From a bacterium (GTDB taxonomy: Bacteria > SZUA-182 > DTGQ01), in contig JBFMGO010000016.1 in assembly GCA_040752695.1 (NCBI GenBank), positions 6,637-64,097 of the forward strand: 57,461 bases of DNA. Reading direction: 5' to 3'. A program made the translations under genes and the position numbers. Shown piece after piece: positions 49,701 to 57,461 of the stretch; position 1 is the stretch's first letter; the number at the start of each line of letters is the position of its first letter. The notes under the pieces were generated by a model. The model did no database searches and was not told the origin of the DNA. It saw only the letters and a program-made list of their open reading frames with translations.

Positions 49701-50021
49701 CTTTTTGTTGACCACGGCCTGAGAATCATCTTTGCCCTTATGATAAAGCTGCTCCACCCGATAGCGATCCTGTGCGAGTTCAAACTCAAACCGCACCATG
49801 AGTTTGTCGCAATTCTGGTGGATAATCCCCTGCGTTCCCTTGCTGGCCCGCTCTACGTTTCCATACAGAGCCAGGGTCATGGCATCGAGGATTGTAGATT
49901 TCCCGGCACCGGTAGGGCCAAAGATACCGAAAAGGCCACTGGCCCCCAGCCATGCAAAATCAATGTCCTGGGGATCGCAATAGCTGTGCAGACCGTAAAA
50001 TTCAAGCCGGATCGGTTTCAT
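46779..50021 (-). CDS. sbcC: SbcC nuclease ATPase subunit (Rad50-like)
   Basis: GPTGAGKST, LPQGKF, zinc hook CPVCG, LSGGE and DEGFGTLD motifs. Start placed at MKPIRL (ATG 50021). Confidence 0.96.
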   Translation of the reverse strand: MKPIRLEFYGLHSYCDPQDIDFAWLGASGLFGIFGPTGAGKSTILDAMTLALYGNVERASKGTQGIIHQNCDKLMVRFEFELAQDRYRVEQLYHKGKDDSQAVVNKKSLLCRFDPESGKYTPKVEKITEVKAAIQKLIGLSEEEFTRAVVLPQGKFDAFLSLKGKDKAAMLENIFNLSCYGQKIFEKASRAKEQATSRKRELEGEVKGLGDCSLATLEVRRKEKARLSSLLAVQKTNLEKLRQEEEVQRRVKGWHEEKVELEKHREALEEQEEVMKQKKNRITLAEKAERCRTDLEMLRSLQQAQQKESLNLTSQQKALNEQQILHQKCEENQKAASRDREEKLPGLYEMREKLKSCLEIHAQHKEKKKEQARQQAESVKVQDELSQLSDAITKDQQKLHTEREQLQMIDEEIDKNRVAPDQKRVIHEAFQQLALMEDKEKSLAQEMAGLEKTLDEQEQAEHQWMNALKGHFTASAFWSANEAPFSHSPLTETMTTGETETLDWLEKEKKGIQEALEQCDRGLDLMKLRSEGAHLALHLKEGLPCPVCGSKQHPAPALSEGLKEDLARLQAQKKNWLEEQKKLSRFELRLTQMATALSGSRKEIEKQKEKVARMEEEVRGLTDALKGKIQDHDLKPDYGMKPDQDKGQDQDLNLDYIRRQYQTLTRQEKTLALYQEQHKKQTRLIEELRLKIEAGMKKKGELDVRKSGLQSSLTSLAQGIADLERTIREVTQGRPIRALIQENETAIASVEKRFHEAQAFFRQSERQLQELHSGLDTCRGKLETLAESEQRAQRSLGQRMAEEEFTSIEAVKGALMDKKDLAGLQKEVKSYQEAAMNNNARLTSVAEKLEGHTFDLSAYGQLVQCYETLKQQVEAADRQLAVVDGELEKLEKNHLRWQEIEKETKILDRRIDQADELARLLKGRALVTFLSHEYLEYMCREASHSLRFLTQERYSLRVDQDNNFFMIDSFNGGKERPVSSLSGGETFLTALSLALALSSQVQSRGRSQHLGFFFLDEGFGTLDNEKLDLVMNTLERLQSSDRTVGIISHVQELRERMPRYLEVFPARGDGTGSRIKLSGQ

Positions 50022-50202
50022 AGCCCAGCACCCCTTTCCGTAATCGGATTCATAGCCCTGCTTCCTCAATCATAGGGTTTGTTATTCTTATCCTGCTCGT
50101 CATCGTGGGCTCATACTTGTCGCGCTCATCATCGTCATGCCCCCCTTCCATCGTGCTCCCCCCCCACTTGTACTCGCCCCAATCGCACTTGTCCTCATTA
50201 TG

Positions 50203-51600
50203 CTAATCATCCATCTCTTCGATGTCCTGAGTCAGTTCAACAAAAAGGTCAAGGAGCTCTTTGGCAGGCTCTGCACTGGCATTTTTCAGCTTGTAGAAGG
50301 CCACAAACTTCTCGATCAGGGAAAGCTCAGCCAGTCGCCTTATGCCGACAGCTCCAGTCTGCCCGGTTTCCCCTGACAGGGTCGATGGCAGAGTCACCTT
50401 CAGGGTAACGATACGCTTGTGTCTCTCTCTTAATTCTCGCATTTGAAGTGCCCCCAGGGGGTGTGGGTATATGATTTCCATTTCCACCCACTGGTTACCG
50501 TTTTCCGGCTGGCTGCACCAGATAAGGGCATCCTCATAGGATTGACAAGTCTTTCGCACCAGGGGAAGACCGCATTTTAAGGGGACTTCACTGACCCTTG
50601 CTTCCTTACCCGGCTCGATATCCAAAAGGACCACTCTTTTCGTCTGTCCCGCCTCGGAAAAGCTATAGGCCAGAGGAGATCCGCTATAATAGACCGGATA
50701 GCCCTGCTGCATATGGAAAGATTGCGGCCTGTGCAGATGTCCGAGTGCCACATACTGAACGCCGGAGGCGGGCAGGTCAGAAGACTGGATGGCGTTGATG
50801 CCGCCAATGGACAGGATACGCTCTGAATCGCTCGGCACACCCTGCCCATACAAAAGGTGAGAGACGATAATATTGACCGTATCATCCCGAAACTGCGCTG
50901 ACACCTTCCTCAGCACCTCCTGAATTTTCCGTCTGTAGGCAAACACCTCTTTGCCTTCACTATCTATACCATCGTTCCCGTCATCCGCACCATGGTCCGT
51001 CACATCGGCTGTTCCGATATCTGTGCTGATATCTGTCCCGTTGGCATTCTCATTGTCTATTCCGTTATATTTCTCAGTGCTTACCCCATGATGGTGCCCG
51101 GGACCGGGAAAATGGATTCGAAACAACTCTCCCAACCGGACCTCGGAAGGATAGGCCAGGGTAACCAAGGTGGCCTCGTGATCGCAGCCTGGTACCTTCA
51201 GGCGGACCCATCCTGGCCCGCTGGCCGTGCGCTGCACACCATTGCGCGATCCTCCCAGGGAAACCGTATCCTTGGGAAATCCCACCAGGGTAATGCCATG
51301 ATGCCTGGCCAGGTATTCGGGCGCAGCGATCCGCTCAGGATTATCGTGGTTTCCGGCAATCACCACTATGCCGCGCCTGCCGTTATCAGCCAGCTTTTCC
51401 AGGGCGTAGTAGAAGAGGTCCTCCGCCTCAGCCGAAGGGTTGAATACGTCGTATACATCACCGGCAATCAGAACAAGGTGCACCTTCTGCTCCTCAACGA
51501 TCTGATGCAGTTCCTCTATGAACTCCTTTTGCTCCGGAATCCGGGAGAATCCTTCTAGGGTCTTGCCAAGATGCCAATCGGAGGTATGCACAATTCTCAT
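50203..51600 (-). CDS. sbcD: SbcD nuclease subunit (Mre11-like) with acidic insertion
   Basis: HTSDWHLG, AGDVYD, AGNHD, ALGHLH and YSGSPL.YSFSE motifs. Confidence 0.96.
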   Translation of the reverse strand: MRIVHTSDWHLGKTLEGFSRIPEQKEFIEELHQIVEEQKVHLVLIAGDVYDVFNPSAEAEDLFYYALEKLADNGRRGIVVIAGNHDNPERIAAPEYLARHHGITLVGFPKDTVSLGGSRNGVQRTASGPGWVRLKVPGCDHEATLVTLAYPSEVRLGELFRIHFPGPGHHHGVSTEKYNGIDNENANGTDISTDIGTADVTDHGADDGNDGIDSEGKEVFAYRRKIQEVLRKVSAQFRDDTVNIIVSHLLYGQGVPSDSERILSIGGINAIQSSDLPASGVQYVALGHLHRPQSFHMQQGYPVYYSGSPLAYSFSEAGQTKRVVLLDIEPGKEARVSEVPLKCGLPLVRKTCQSYEDALIWCSQPENGNQWVEMEIIYPHPLGALQMRELRERHKRIVTLKVTLPSTLSGETGQTGAVGIRRLAELSLIEKFVAFYKLKNASAEPAKELLDLFVELTQDIEEMDD

Positions 51601-51857
51601 TTTACCCGCTCCCTGCTCTTATTGGGCCTTTATTCCAGCTTTTGGCCGCGTGTATCTGGTCACACGTATCAGCACCAGATTCTCTGGATAGGTAGGAAGT
51701 ATCTAAAATACAAGGTATTTCTTAAGAAAAGGATGAGAAAAAAAGATAATTTATCGTTAATTGATAGAGTCATGATTGATAATAGCCAAGCAGGGAATGA
51801 ATGTCAAGAGGATTAATTACCCATCGGATCATGACCTATTGATGAGACTCTATCAAC

Positions 51858-51889
51858 AAAAAAAGGCAGTGCCATTCCTGACACTGCCT
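51858..51889 (-). terminator. intrinsic terminator of the lectin gene
   Basis: Minus strand reads AGGCAGTG-loop-CACTGCCT followed by a T run. Confidence 0.7.
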
Positions 51890-51913
51890 GTTGAAAATAT
51901 CAATCTGAATGAA

Positions 51914-52522
51914 TTAAGCTTTCCAAACCTTTCTCTTCATTCCTGCCATCCCCAATATGCTTAAGAGGAAAAGTAAACAAGTGGAAGGAACGGGGACGGG
52001 AGTATATTCCGCAATTCCATCAATGTGATAATAATCTGGTCGTTGATGATCCCAATCGTTCCATGCACCGTTTGAACCCCAATTAAGAACAGCATAATCT
52101 TCACCTATGGGTGGAGGCGTACAATTATTAGGTTCCCCTGGAGCCCAATTCGTGTAGGTAACGGCCTCATCGCTGGACCAAACCCAATTACCTTCAATCT
52201 CTGCATCATTAAAACCAATCCAAAACTTGGTAGTCCCCCCAAATATATCTCGTAGCCATGTTTCTTCAGCACTATCATTAATAGTTACCAAATGACCATT
52301 CAAGGCGATTGCATTATTTTCTGCATTGCCCCAAGATCCATCGTTACCGGAACTTACAATAGTGTACCAGTGGCCTGTACTTGGATTATAGACAGGGCAT
52401 GCCAACAGGACAGCACTGCAACAAAAAATAGCCAGCATTGAAATTGTCGTAATGCAAAGGCTCTTTCTCGCTATCGATAAGAAAAGTGACGGTACATGAC
52501 TGAACAAAGTTCTCGCTTTCAT
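51914..52522 (-). CDS. C-type lectin domain protein with PEP-CTERM-like sorting signal
   Basis: GHLVTIN...E, FWIGFND, G.WVWS, NWAPGEPNN and WND motifs. The C-terminus is VPVPST, then a TM segment, then KRK. Confidence 0.88.
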   Translation of the reverse strand: MKARTLFSHVPSLFLSIARKSLCITTISMLAIFCCSAVLLACPVYNPSTGHWYTIVSSGNDGSWGNAENNAIALNGHLVTINDSAEETWLRDIFGGTTKFWIGFNDAEIEGNWVWSSDEAVTYTNWAPGEPNNCTPPPIGEDYAVLNWGSNGAWNDWDHQRPDYYHIDGIAEYTPVPVPSTCLLFLLSILGMAGMKRKVWKA

Positions 52523-52968
52523 ATTTTCTCCTTGAATTTATGAAGAATAATTTTATAGAAGATACAAAATTTATTAATTATTTATACTTCTTCATTTTTT
52601 CTTACTCTGTTCTACCTCCTTCCCTCCCCCCACTTTAATTCAATACAGCACCTGCTACACCTTGATTTCTCAATCACACTTTTGGAATAGAGCCAGTATA
52701 ACCACCTGAAAATAAGATAGATTTTTCCGCCTGATATTTCGAATAGAACAAGAGTTGAAGCCCACATTTCGCACCCTCGGTCTAACTCTAACCTATCGAG
52801 TGAGGATACATATGATCGAGGTTAAGGGATTTTATTGCGCACCCTTTTTAAGAAAGCTATTAAATCGAAAAAATTACACATTGGGGCTGCAAAATATATA
52901 GTATGTTTTAATTCTTTGAAATTATAAAAACTAATAATGTAATCATAAAAATTCATTACATATAAAAA

Positions 52969-52984
52969 TGCAATAATGATACCA
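52969..52984 (-). promoter_or_regulatory. sigma-54 promoter for the lectin gene
   Basis: Minus strand reads TGGTATC-ATTA-TTGCA. Confidence 0.6.
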
Positions 52985-53236
52985 AATATACTAATTATCA
53001 AATTAATATATAATAAATATAATATTTTAGAATCCGGAGCTATTCATTTAAACACTATTGATATTATGATCTATAGTACCCAGAGATTATTATGATAAGC
53101 AGGGATTATATGAGGTCGGGAGTTATATAATAGGCAGGGATTATTATGATGGATTAGTAATAGACCAGGGAAAACAATTTGTTTCATTTTTTTTCGGGTA
53201 TCGTATGCAGGTCGGACTGGATTTTTTCATTTTATT

Positions 53237-53497
53237 TGTAGCTTTTTCCTACAGCATCCCTTCACCGAAAATAGTGATAGGGGATATTCCTAATAAAACA
53301 CGGGACCAAGACCCGCACATTAAGGGAATGGTTATAAGCAATGACATCTGCCTCTCTTGAATCTTTCCGGCGAATCTCCTTCGATTGTCTGAACGGGTTG
53401 TAGCTTTTGGCAACATTGTTTTGTTTTTTTCTCTTATCGACGCTATGGCAATGATTTCATAGACTCTGCAGCAAGCTCATTGTAGTGATTTACTACA
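53237..53497. promoter_or_regulatory. three TGTAG-started TGT-N11-ACA palindromes (candidate enhancer sites)
   Basis: TGTAGCTTTTTCCTACA at 53237, TGTAGCTTTTGGCAACA at 53399 and TGTAGTGATTTACTACA at 53481. Confidence 0.55.
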
Positions 53498-53531
53498 CAT
53501 TTTTATCCCCCTGCCATCCCAAATATTCGTA

Positions 53532-55538
53532 TCACCTCAGGGTTCCAGGAGAGCCTGGAGAAGGCTCATCCTGACGGTAGGGTTGCTCCTGATAATGTTG
53601 CTCCTCCTGATAGTATCCTCCCTCCTGATTAGATTGCTCCTCCCTATGGCTTGGTTCCTTCTGCTGATAGTGCTCCTGTCGATAGCGATCCTCCTGATAG
53701 GGTTGCCTTTCCTGATGGTATGGATTTGGCTCTTCCTGCCGGTATGGTTGCTCCTGTTGGTATGGCTCCTCCTGGTGGTATCGCTGGTGTTGCTCCTCTT
53801 GCCTGGCTGGTTCCACCTGCCGGTGCGGCTTCTCCTGCTGGTATGGTTGTTCCTGGCGGTATTGCTGATACTGCTCCTCCTGTCTGGTTGGTTCCACCTG
53901 CCGGTATGGCGTTTCCTGCCGGTAGGGTTGCTGCTGCCGGTAAGGTTGCTCCTGTTGAGGGGGTTCCACCTGCCGGTGCGGCTTCTCCTGCTGGTATGGT
54001 TGTTCCTGGCGGTATTGCTGATACTGCTTCTCTTGCTTGGTGGAGGGGGCCTGTTCCTGATAGGGCGGATTTTTAAGACGAGGAGGTTCCGACTGATGAT
54101 AGAGTTCTTCCCTGCGGTAGGGTCTCTCCGGACGGGAGGGATCCTCTTGCTGCCGTGGTTCCTTCGAAAGAGCGGCATAATAGAGGGAGAAGGCAAGAGA
54201 GTAGGTCAGTGAAACCTCCACGGACCATGTATTGATTTTCTCCCCGAACTCAGTACAAGGGTCCCCTTCATGAAAGGTACCTTTCAGTCCTATCATCAAA
54301 TTGGGCTTTGCCTTGTACTGAATTACCGGGCTTAAGGAATAACTCTGGTCCTGAACGTTCCAGATTCCGGCTATGGAAAAGGAAAGACGCCGGACCTTGA
54401 GGGGTTCTTTTTTAAGGATCTGGAGGTAGGCATATTCCTGTGCAAGATTCGGGTGCTGGTAGTAGGTGTCAGAAAGGATCACCATCCGCTGTTTATCCTG
54501 ATCTGCGTTTTTTTTCGAAGTGTCATCGACCACGGACTGCAAGTAATGGTAATAGTTGTACATTTCTTCAGGAGTGAACCCGCCCTTGTTGCGATAATAC
54601 TCCACGACACAGCACATGTCATCCTTTTCGTACCGAACTCCCCCGAAAGAGCAAAAGGCTGTATAGCGGGTTTTCCACAGTTCGCCAGACTGATCGATGA
54701 ACACCTTCTCATATTGGGGGCTCGTCCAGCAGTCTGCATATATTTCTAAAAACGGGTATATTTTCCGGGAAAAGCCGCAGCCATAACGCTCCGGCCGGCT
54801 TTCTCCTTTCAGTGCCACGAAATCGATATCAGTGTTCCAGAACAGCAGGGAAAGCCTGCCTGCCATATTCCAGTGCTCAGGCTGTCCGAATTCTTCGTTT
54901 ATTTTTTCCTGGACCGGGAAGATCAATGGAGTGAAGGTTACGCCCTGGAGAGGGTCAGGACCAGGAGGGAATACTTTTGCGTATTCGGCTCCAAAAAAGA
55001 GTAATCCATTATGAGGCTCATCCCGGTCAAGGGGGTCTTCGGGAGTATCCAGGAAGGCCAGAGGTTTGAAGGCATGGCCACTCCCCCAGGATAACACTTT
55101 TTTACCTGCATACCAGCGAAATTCAGGATTCGATTGCCAGGTAATGCAGGCTTCCTCAAGCGGATTCTCTTCCTGCGCTTCTAAATTGCCGCTCTGAGCG
55201 GAGCTCCTGACCTTCCAGGAGAACTGGATCTCTTCCAGATCATGTTTTCCCCAAAGCTGCATCTGCACCTGATCAGCTAAGCCACTGCTCTTTTCTTCCT
55301 CAGAGGAGTACTTCAACCGATAGAGGCCGGCCTTTTCATTCCGTGCAAACAGGGAATGGTCAAGTTTTATCTGTCCGCCCAGATTAAAAGCCTTTTGGAT
55401 CGCCTCTTCACTCTGCTGAGAAGTATCCTGGAGGGTGAGGAATCGCTGGGCCATAGCTGTATCCTCTCCCGGAATGTGTAAGAGAAATGAAAGGAAATGG
55501 AGGAAAAAGAGGAGCAATACAATCGGCTTTCTCCTCAT
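53532..55538 (-). CDS. putative outer-membrane beta-barrel protein with Q/E/P/Y/R-rich repetitive C-terminal tail
   Basis: Signal peptide; GKKVLSWGSGHAFKP motif and amphipathic strands up to VSLTYSL; then ~200 aa of QE.PY(R/Q) repeats. Confidence 0.8.
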   Translation of the reverse strand: MRRKPIVLLLFFLHFLSFLLHIPGEDTAMAQRFLTLQDTSQQSEEAIQKAFNLGGQIKLDHSLFARNEKAGLYRLKYSSEEEKSSGLADQVQMQLWGKHDLEEIQFSWKVRSSAQSGNLEAQEENPLEEACITWQSNPEFRWYAGKKVLSWGSGHAFKPLAFLDTPEDPLDRDEPHNGLLFFGAEYAKVFPPGPDPLQGVTFTPLIFPVQEKINEEFGQPEHWNMAGRLSLLFWNTDIDFVALKGESRPERYGCGFSRKIYPFLEIYADCWTSPQYEKVFIDQSGELWKTRYTAFCSFGGVRYEKDDMCCVVEYYRNKGGFTPEEMYNYYHYLQSVVDDTSKKNADQDKQRMVILSDTYYQHPNLAQEYAYLQILKKEPLKVRRLSFSIAGIWNVQDQSYSLSPVIQYKAKPNLMIGLKGTFHEGDPCTEFGEKINTWSVEVSLTYSLAFSLYYAALSKEPRQQEDPSRPERPYRREELYHQSEPPRLKNPPYQEQAPSTKQEKQYQQYRQEQPYQQEKPHRQVEPPQQEQPYRQQQPYRQETPYRQVEPTRQEEQYQQYRQEQPYQQEKPHRQVEPARQEEQHQRYHQEEPYQQEQPYRQEEPNPYHQERQPYQEDRYRQEHYQQKEPSHREEQSNQEGGYYQEEQHYQEQPYRQDEPSPGSPGTLR

Positions 55539-55684
55539 GGAAGGTTATCCCTGCCTTCTTCACGGAGGCCATACCCCCTTAGTTCTTAAAGTTTTATCTT
55601 CAAACTAACATGCGATGTAAAAAACGCTACCCCCTCTTTTACTGTTTTCGGCCAATTAACCTCTCTCCTTCCGGTATTTTTTTC

Positions 55685-55700
55685 AGGCATGTTTATTGCT
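55685..55700 (+). promoter_or_regulatory. possible sigma-54 promoter
   Basis: AGGCATG-TTTA-TTGCT, ~110 nt upstream of the CDS at 55809. Confidence 0.5.
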
Positions 55701-55808
55701 CAAGAATCTTTTTTTTAAGGATCATCATTGTCAGTTTTCAGTTTTTGAGGTAGAATTCCTTCTCGATCACTTTGAAAGGCCAGGGAAGGTGAAAAAGGAA
55801 GATGTCCT

Positions 55809-56744
55809 ATGTCTGAAATATTCATTAAAGTAGCGCTGGTGTTCTGTTCTATTTCATTATTCCTTGTTGCTCTCTATCTTTTGTACACGTTTAAGGAAGA
55901 ATTCCGAAAAGACCGAATCCTTACCTTATGTTATCATCGTCCCTCCTCGCTTCTGACCCGTGGAATATCAAGGTCTGGATTGATCTATATGAACTATAGC
56001 ATCCGTTTTCAGGAGCAGATAAGCTACCTGTTTAACCATGGTCACCAGGCCATCTCTATCAGTGACCTGCTTGCCTGTTATGAGGGAAAGCAAAAATTAC
56101 CCCCGAAACCACTTCTGATCATGCTGGATAATGGATATCTGAGCAATTACCTGCACATTTATCAAATTATCCAAAAATACGATTTTCCTGCTGTCATGTT
56201 TGTCACCCCTGATCCCCAATCTGAAGTTTTCACTTCATTAAAGGGAATAGATCTGCCCATGACCAAGCGGCAGATAAGTGAGATGCACCAAAGCACTATC
56301 CTGATTGGCTCCCATGGTATGACAACACGCCCTTTCGTAAAGCTGTGCGAGGAGGATGTGATGTGGGAGATGAGCGAATCAAAAAGGCTGATTGAGGAGA
56401 TTATCTCAGAAAAAGTTGAATGTCTGGCTATTCCGTATCATGATTTTCTTGATAAGAGAACACAATTTCTGGCTCAGAATGCAGGCTATAAAATCATCTT
56501 TGGGAATCGTATCGGTACCAATAGTAGACGCAGCAATCCATTAAACTTAAGGGAACTCACCATTCATAGGGATATGGACCTTCATGAATTCAGAAAATTT
56601 GTAAGTCCGGCATCTATTTACCGGCAACGGATTTTCTCTGATATTAAAACATGCCCGGGAGCTCTAAGAGACCGCATCAAATCAATACGGCGAAAGAAGC
56701 ATCCCGATCCTAATGTGTCAACAGAAGGGAAATCGAATGGATAA
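55809..56744 (+). CDS. membrane-anchored polysaccharide deacetylase (CE4, IcaB/PgaB-like), degenerate active site
   Basis: TM anchor; LCYH, PKPLLIMLDNGY, IGSHGMT and SK..IE motifs. Confidence 0.82.
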   Translation: MSEIFIKVALVFCSISLFLVALYLLYTFKEEFRKDRILTLCYHRPSSLLTRGISRSGLIYMNYSIRFQEQISYLFNHGHQAISISDLLACYEGKQKLPPKPLLIMLDNGYLSNYLHIYQIIQKYDFPAVMFVTPDPQSEVFTSLKGIDLPMTKRQISEMHQSTILIGSHGMTTRPFVKLCEEDVMWEMSESKRLIEEIISEKVECLAIPYHDFLDKRTQFLAQNAGYKIIFGNRIGTNSRRSNPLNLRELTIHRDMDLHEFRKFVSPASIYRQRIFSDIKTCPGALRDRIKSIRRKKHPDPNVSTEGKSNG

Positions 56745-56915
56745 AGAGCTGCCGTGAAGGCTGTCTGCCGCGCACAATGGCAGCAGCGGATAATAAACAT
56801 TATAATAAATAATATAATAATCTATATAATATGTCATATTATTTAGTATGCTCTATACTGATCAGGGAAGGAACGTATAACGATGAGACATCGGCCCTGG
56901 GGTGAAGGATTGAAA

Positions 56916-56963
56916 AAAATGCTCCTGGTCATCTTTTGTACGGAGAAAAACCAGGAGCATTTT
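56916..56963. terminator. inverted repeat between convergent genes (possible bidirectional terminator)
   Basis: Perfect 14-bp AAAATGCTCCTGGT / ACCAGGAGCATTTT. Confidence 0.55.
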
Positions 56964-57284
56964 GATATGTGAGTCTCAGCGAGGGGAAAAGATAGCCTGA
57001 CCCACAAAAGGAAAACAATAAGGTACCTTTATATACGCTTTCAAAGAAAGTGGAGAAGTCATTATTTCGACTGATTGCTAAGGATTCGTTTACCGTGAAG
57101 CGCGGACTAAAATGCACTTCCTGGAATCGGAATAATTTTCTCCCCATTTCTCTTTACCTTCTTTAGATTCTGCCGTCACGGCAAACGAAATAAGCCCGAA
57201 CTCCTTCCTAAGTACCTCAAATAAGAATTAAGATATATCCAAAAGTTTATCCTGCCTTACGGGCAATTCTCCAGGCGCAAATCA

Positions 57285-57461
57285 CTAGACAAGAGGGGTC
57301 GCAGCGGTCGGCACGACAGGAGTAGGCAGAACAGGAGTAGGTATGATAGGAGTAGGAGCAATAGGAGTCACAAGAATGGGAGTCGGTACGACAGGAACAG
57401 GTGCAACGATTGTCGGTGCGATAGGAGTAGGTGCAACAATTGTCGGTACGACAGGAACAGG
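57285..57461 (-). CDS. 3' end of a gene running in from beyond the window; Pro/Thr/Val/Ile pentapeptide-repeat tail (not in the ORF track)
   Basis: Minus strand translates as PVPVVPTIVAPTPIAPTIVAPVPVVPTPILVTPIAPTPIIPTPVLPTPVVPTAATPLV followed by TAG TGA. The DNA has a 15-nt period with third-position variation. Confidence 0.75.
   Translation of the reverse strand, partial: PVPVVPTIVAPTPIAPTIVAPVPVVPTPILVTPIAPTPIIPTPVLPTPVVPTAATPLV

Noticed and set aside
46779..51600. SMC-like defence system (Wadjet/Lamassu)
   Set aside because: The zinc-hook CPVCG, the adjacent Mre11-type nuclease and the absence of partner genes indicate ordinary SbcCD.
52771..52825. Stem CCTCGGTC-TAA...TAT-GATCGAGG resembling the P3 arm of a c-di-GMP-I riboswitch
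   Set aside because: It is on the strand opposite the lectin leader and lacks the GAAA-tetraloop P2 arm and the GCAAA junction; an Infernal search would settle it.
53583..54212. 209-aa extremely hydrophobic ORF (LLLVWLLL...) and other overlapping frames
   Set aside because: This is the antisense reading of the Gln/Glu/Pro/Tyr repeat tail of the 53532-55538 gene.

Overview
A 57.5-kb chromosomal window from a diderm bacterium. The gene order (eno-ftsB; tRNA-Val-thrS-infC-rpmI-rplT-pheS-pheT-zapB-like-zapA-6S RNA-5-FCL-rny-ymdB) and the sigma-54 regulators suggest a deltaproteobacteria-like or Nitrospinota-like lineage; that placement is inference. Most of the window is housekeeping: eno, two nucleotide-sugar SDRs, pyrRBC, nadE, the translation cluster, citrate synthase and sbcCD. 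Accessory islands of secreted and surface proteins are interleaved. The most striking signal is non-coding. Bases ~84-865 hold three diverged tandem copies of a ~285-bp module, each made of a reverse DnaA box, then an IHF-like site 67-68 nt later, then a DnaA-box cluster exactly 99 nt after that. It looks like a triplicated oriC/datA/DARS-type element, and no dnaA gene is in view. Other notable items are an NtrC-type activator with three tandem Fis-like HTH domains, an IspH-UbiA prenyltransferase fusion and a 608-aa FabK/NMO-like flavoprotein candidate. There is also a TPR-beta-barrel gene beside two paralogous beta-helix proteins that share a Cys-rich loop, and a HEPN/MNT toxin-antitoxin relic broken by a 91-bp TA-flanked MITE. 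A PEP-CTERM C-type lectin has a sigma-54 promoter and three TGT-N11-ACA sites, and several secreted proteins are low-complexity. All calls were made by eye from motifs; no database searches were run.
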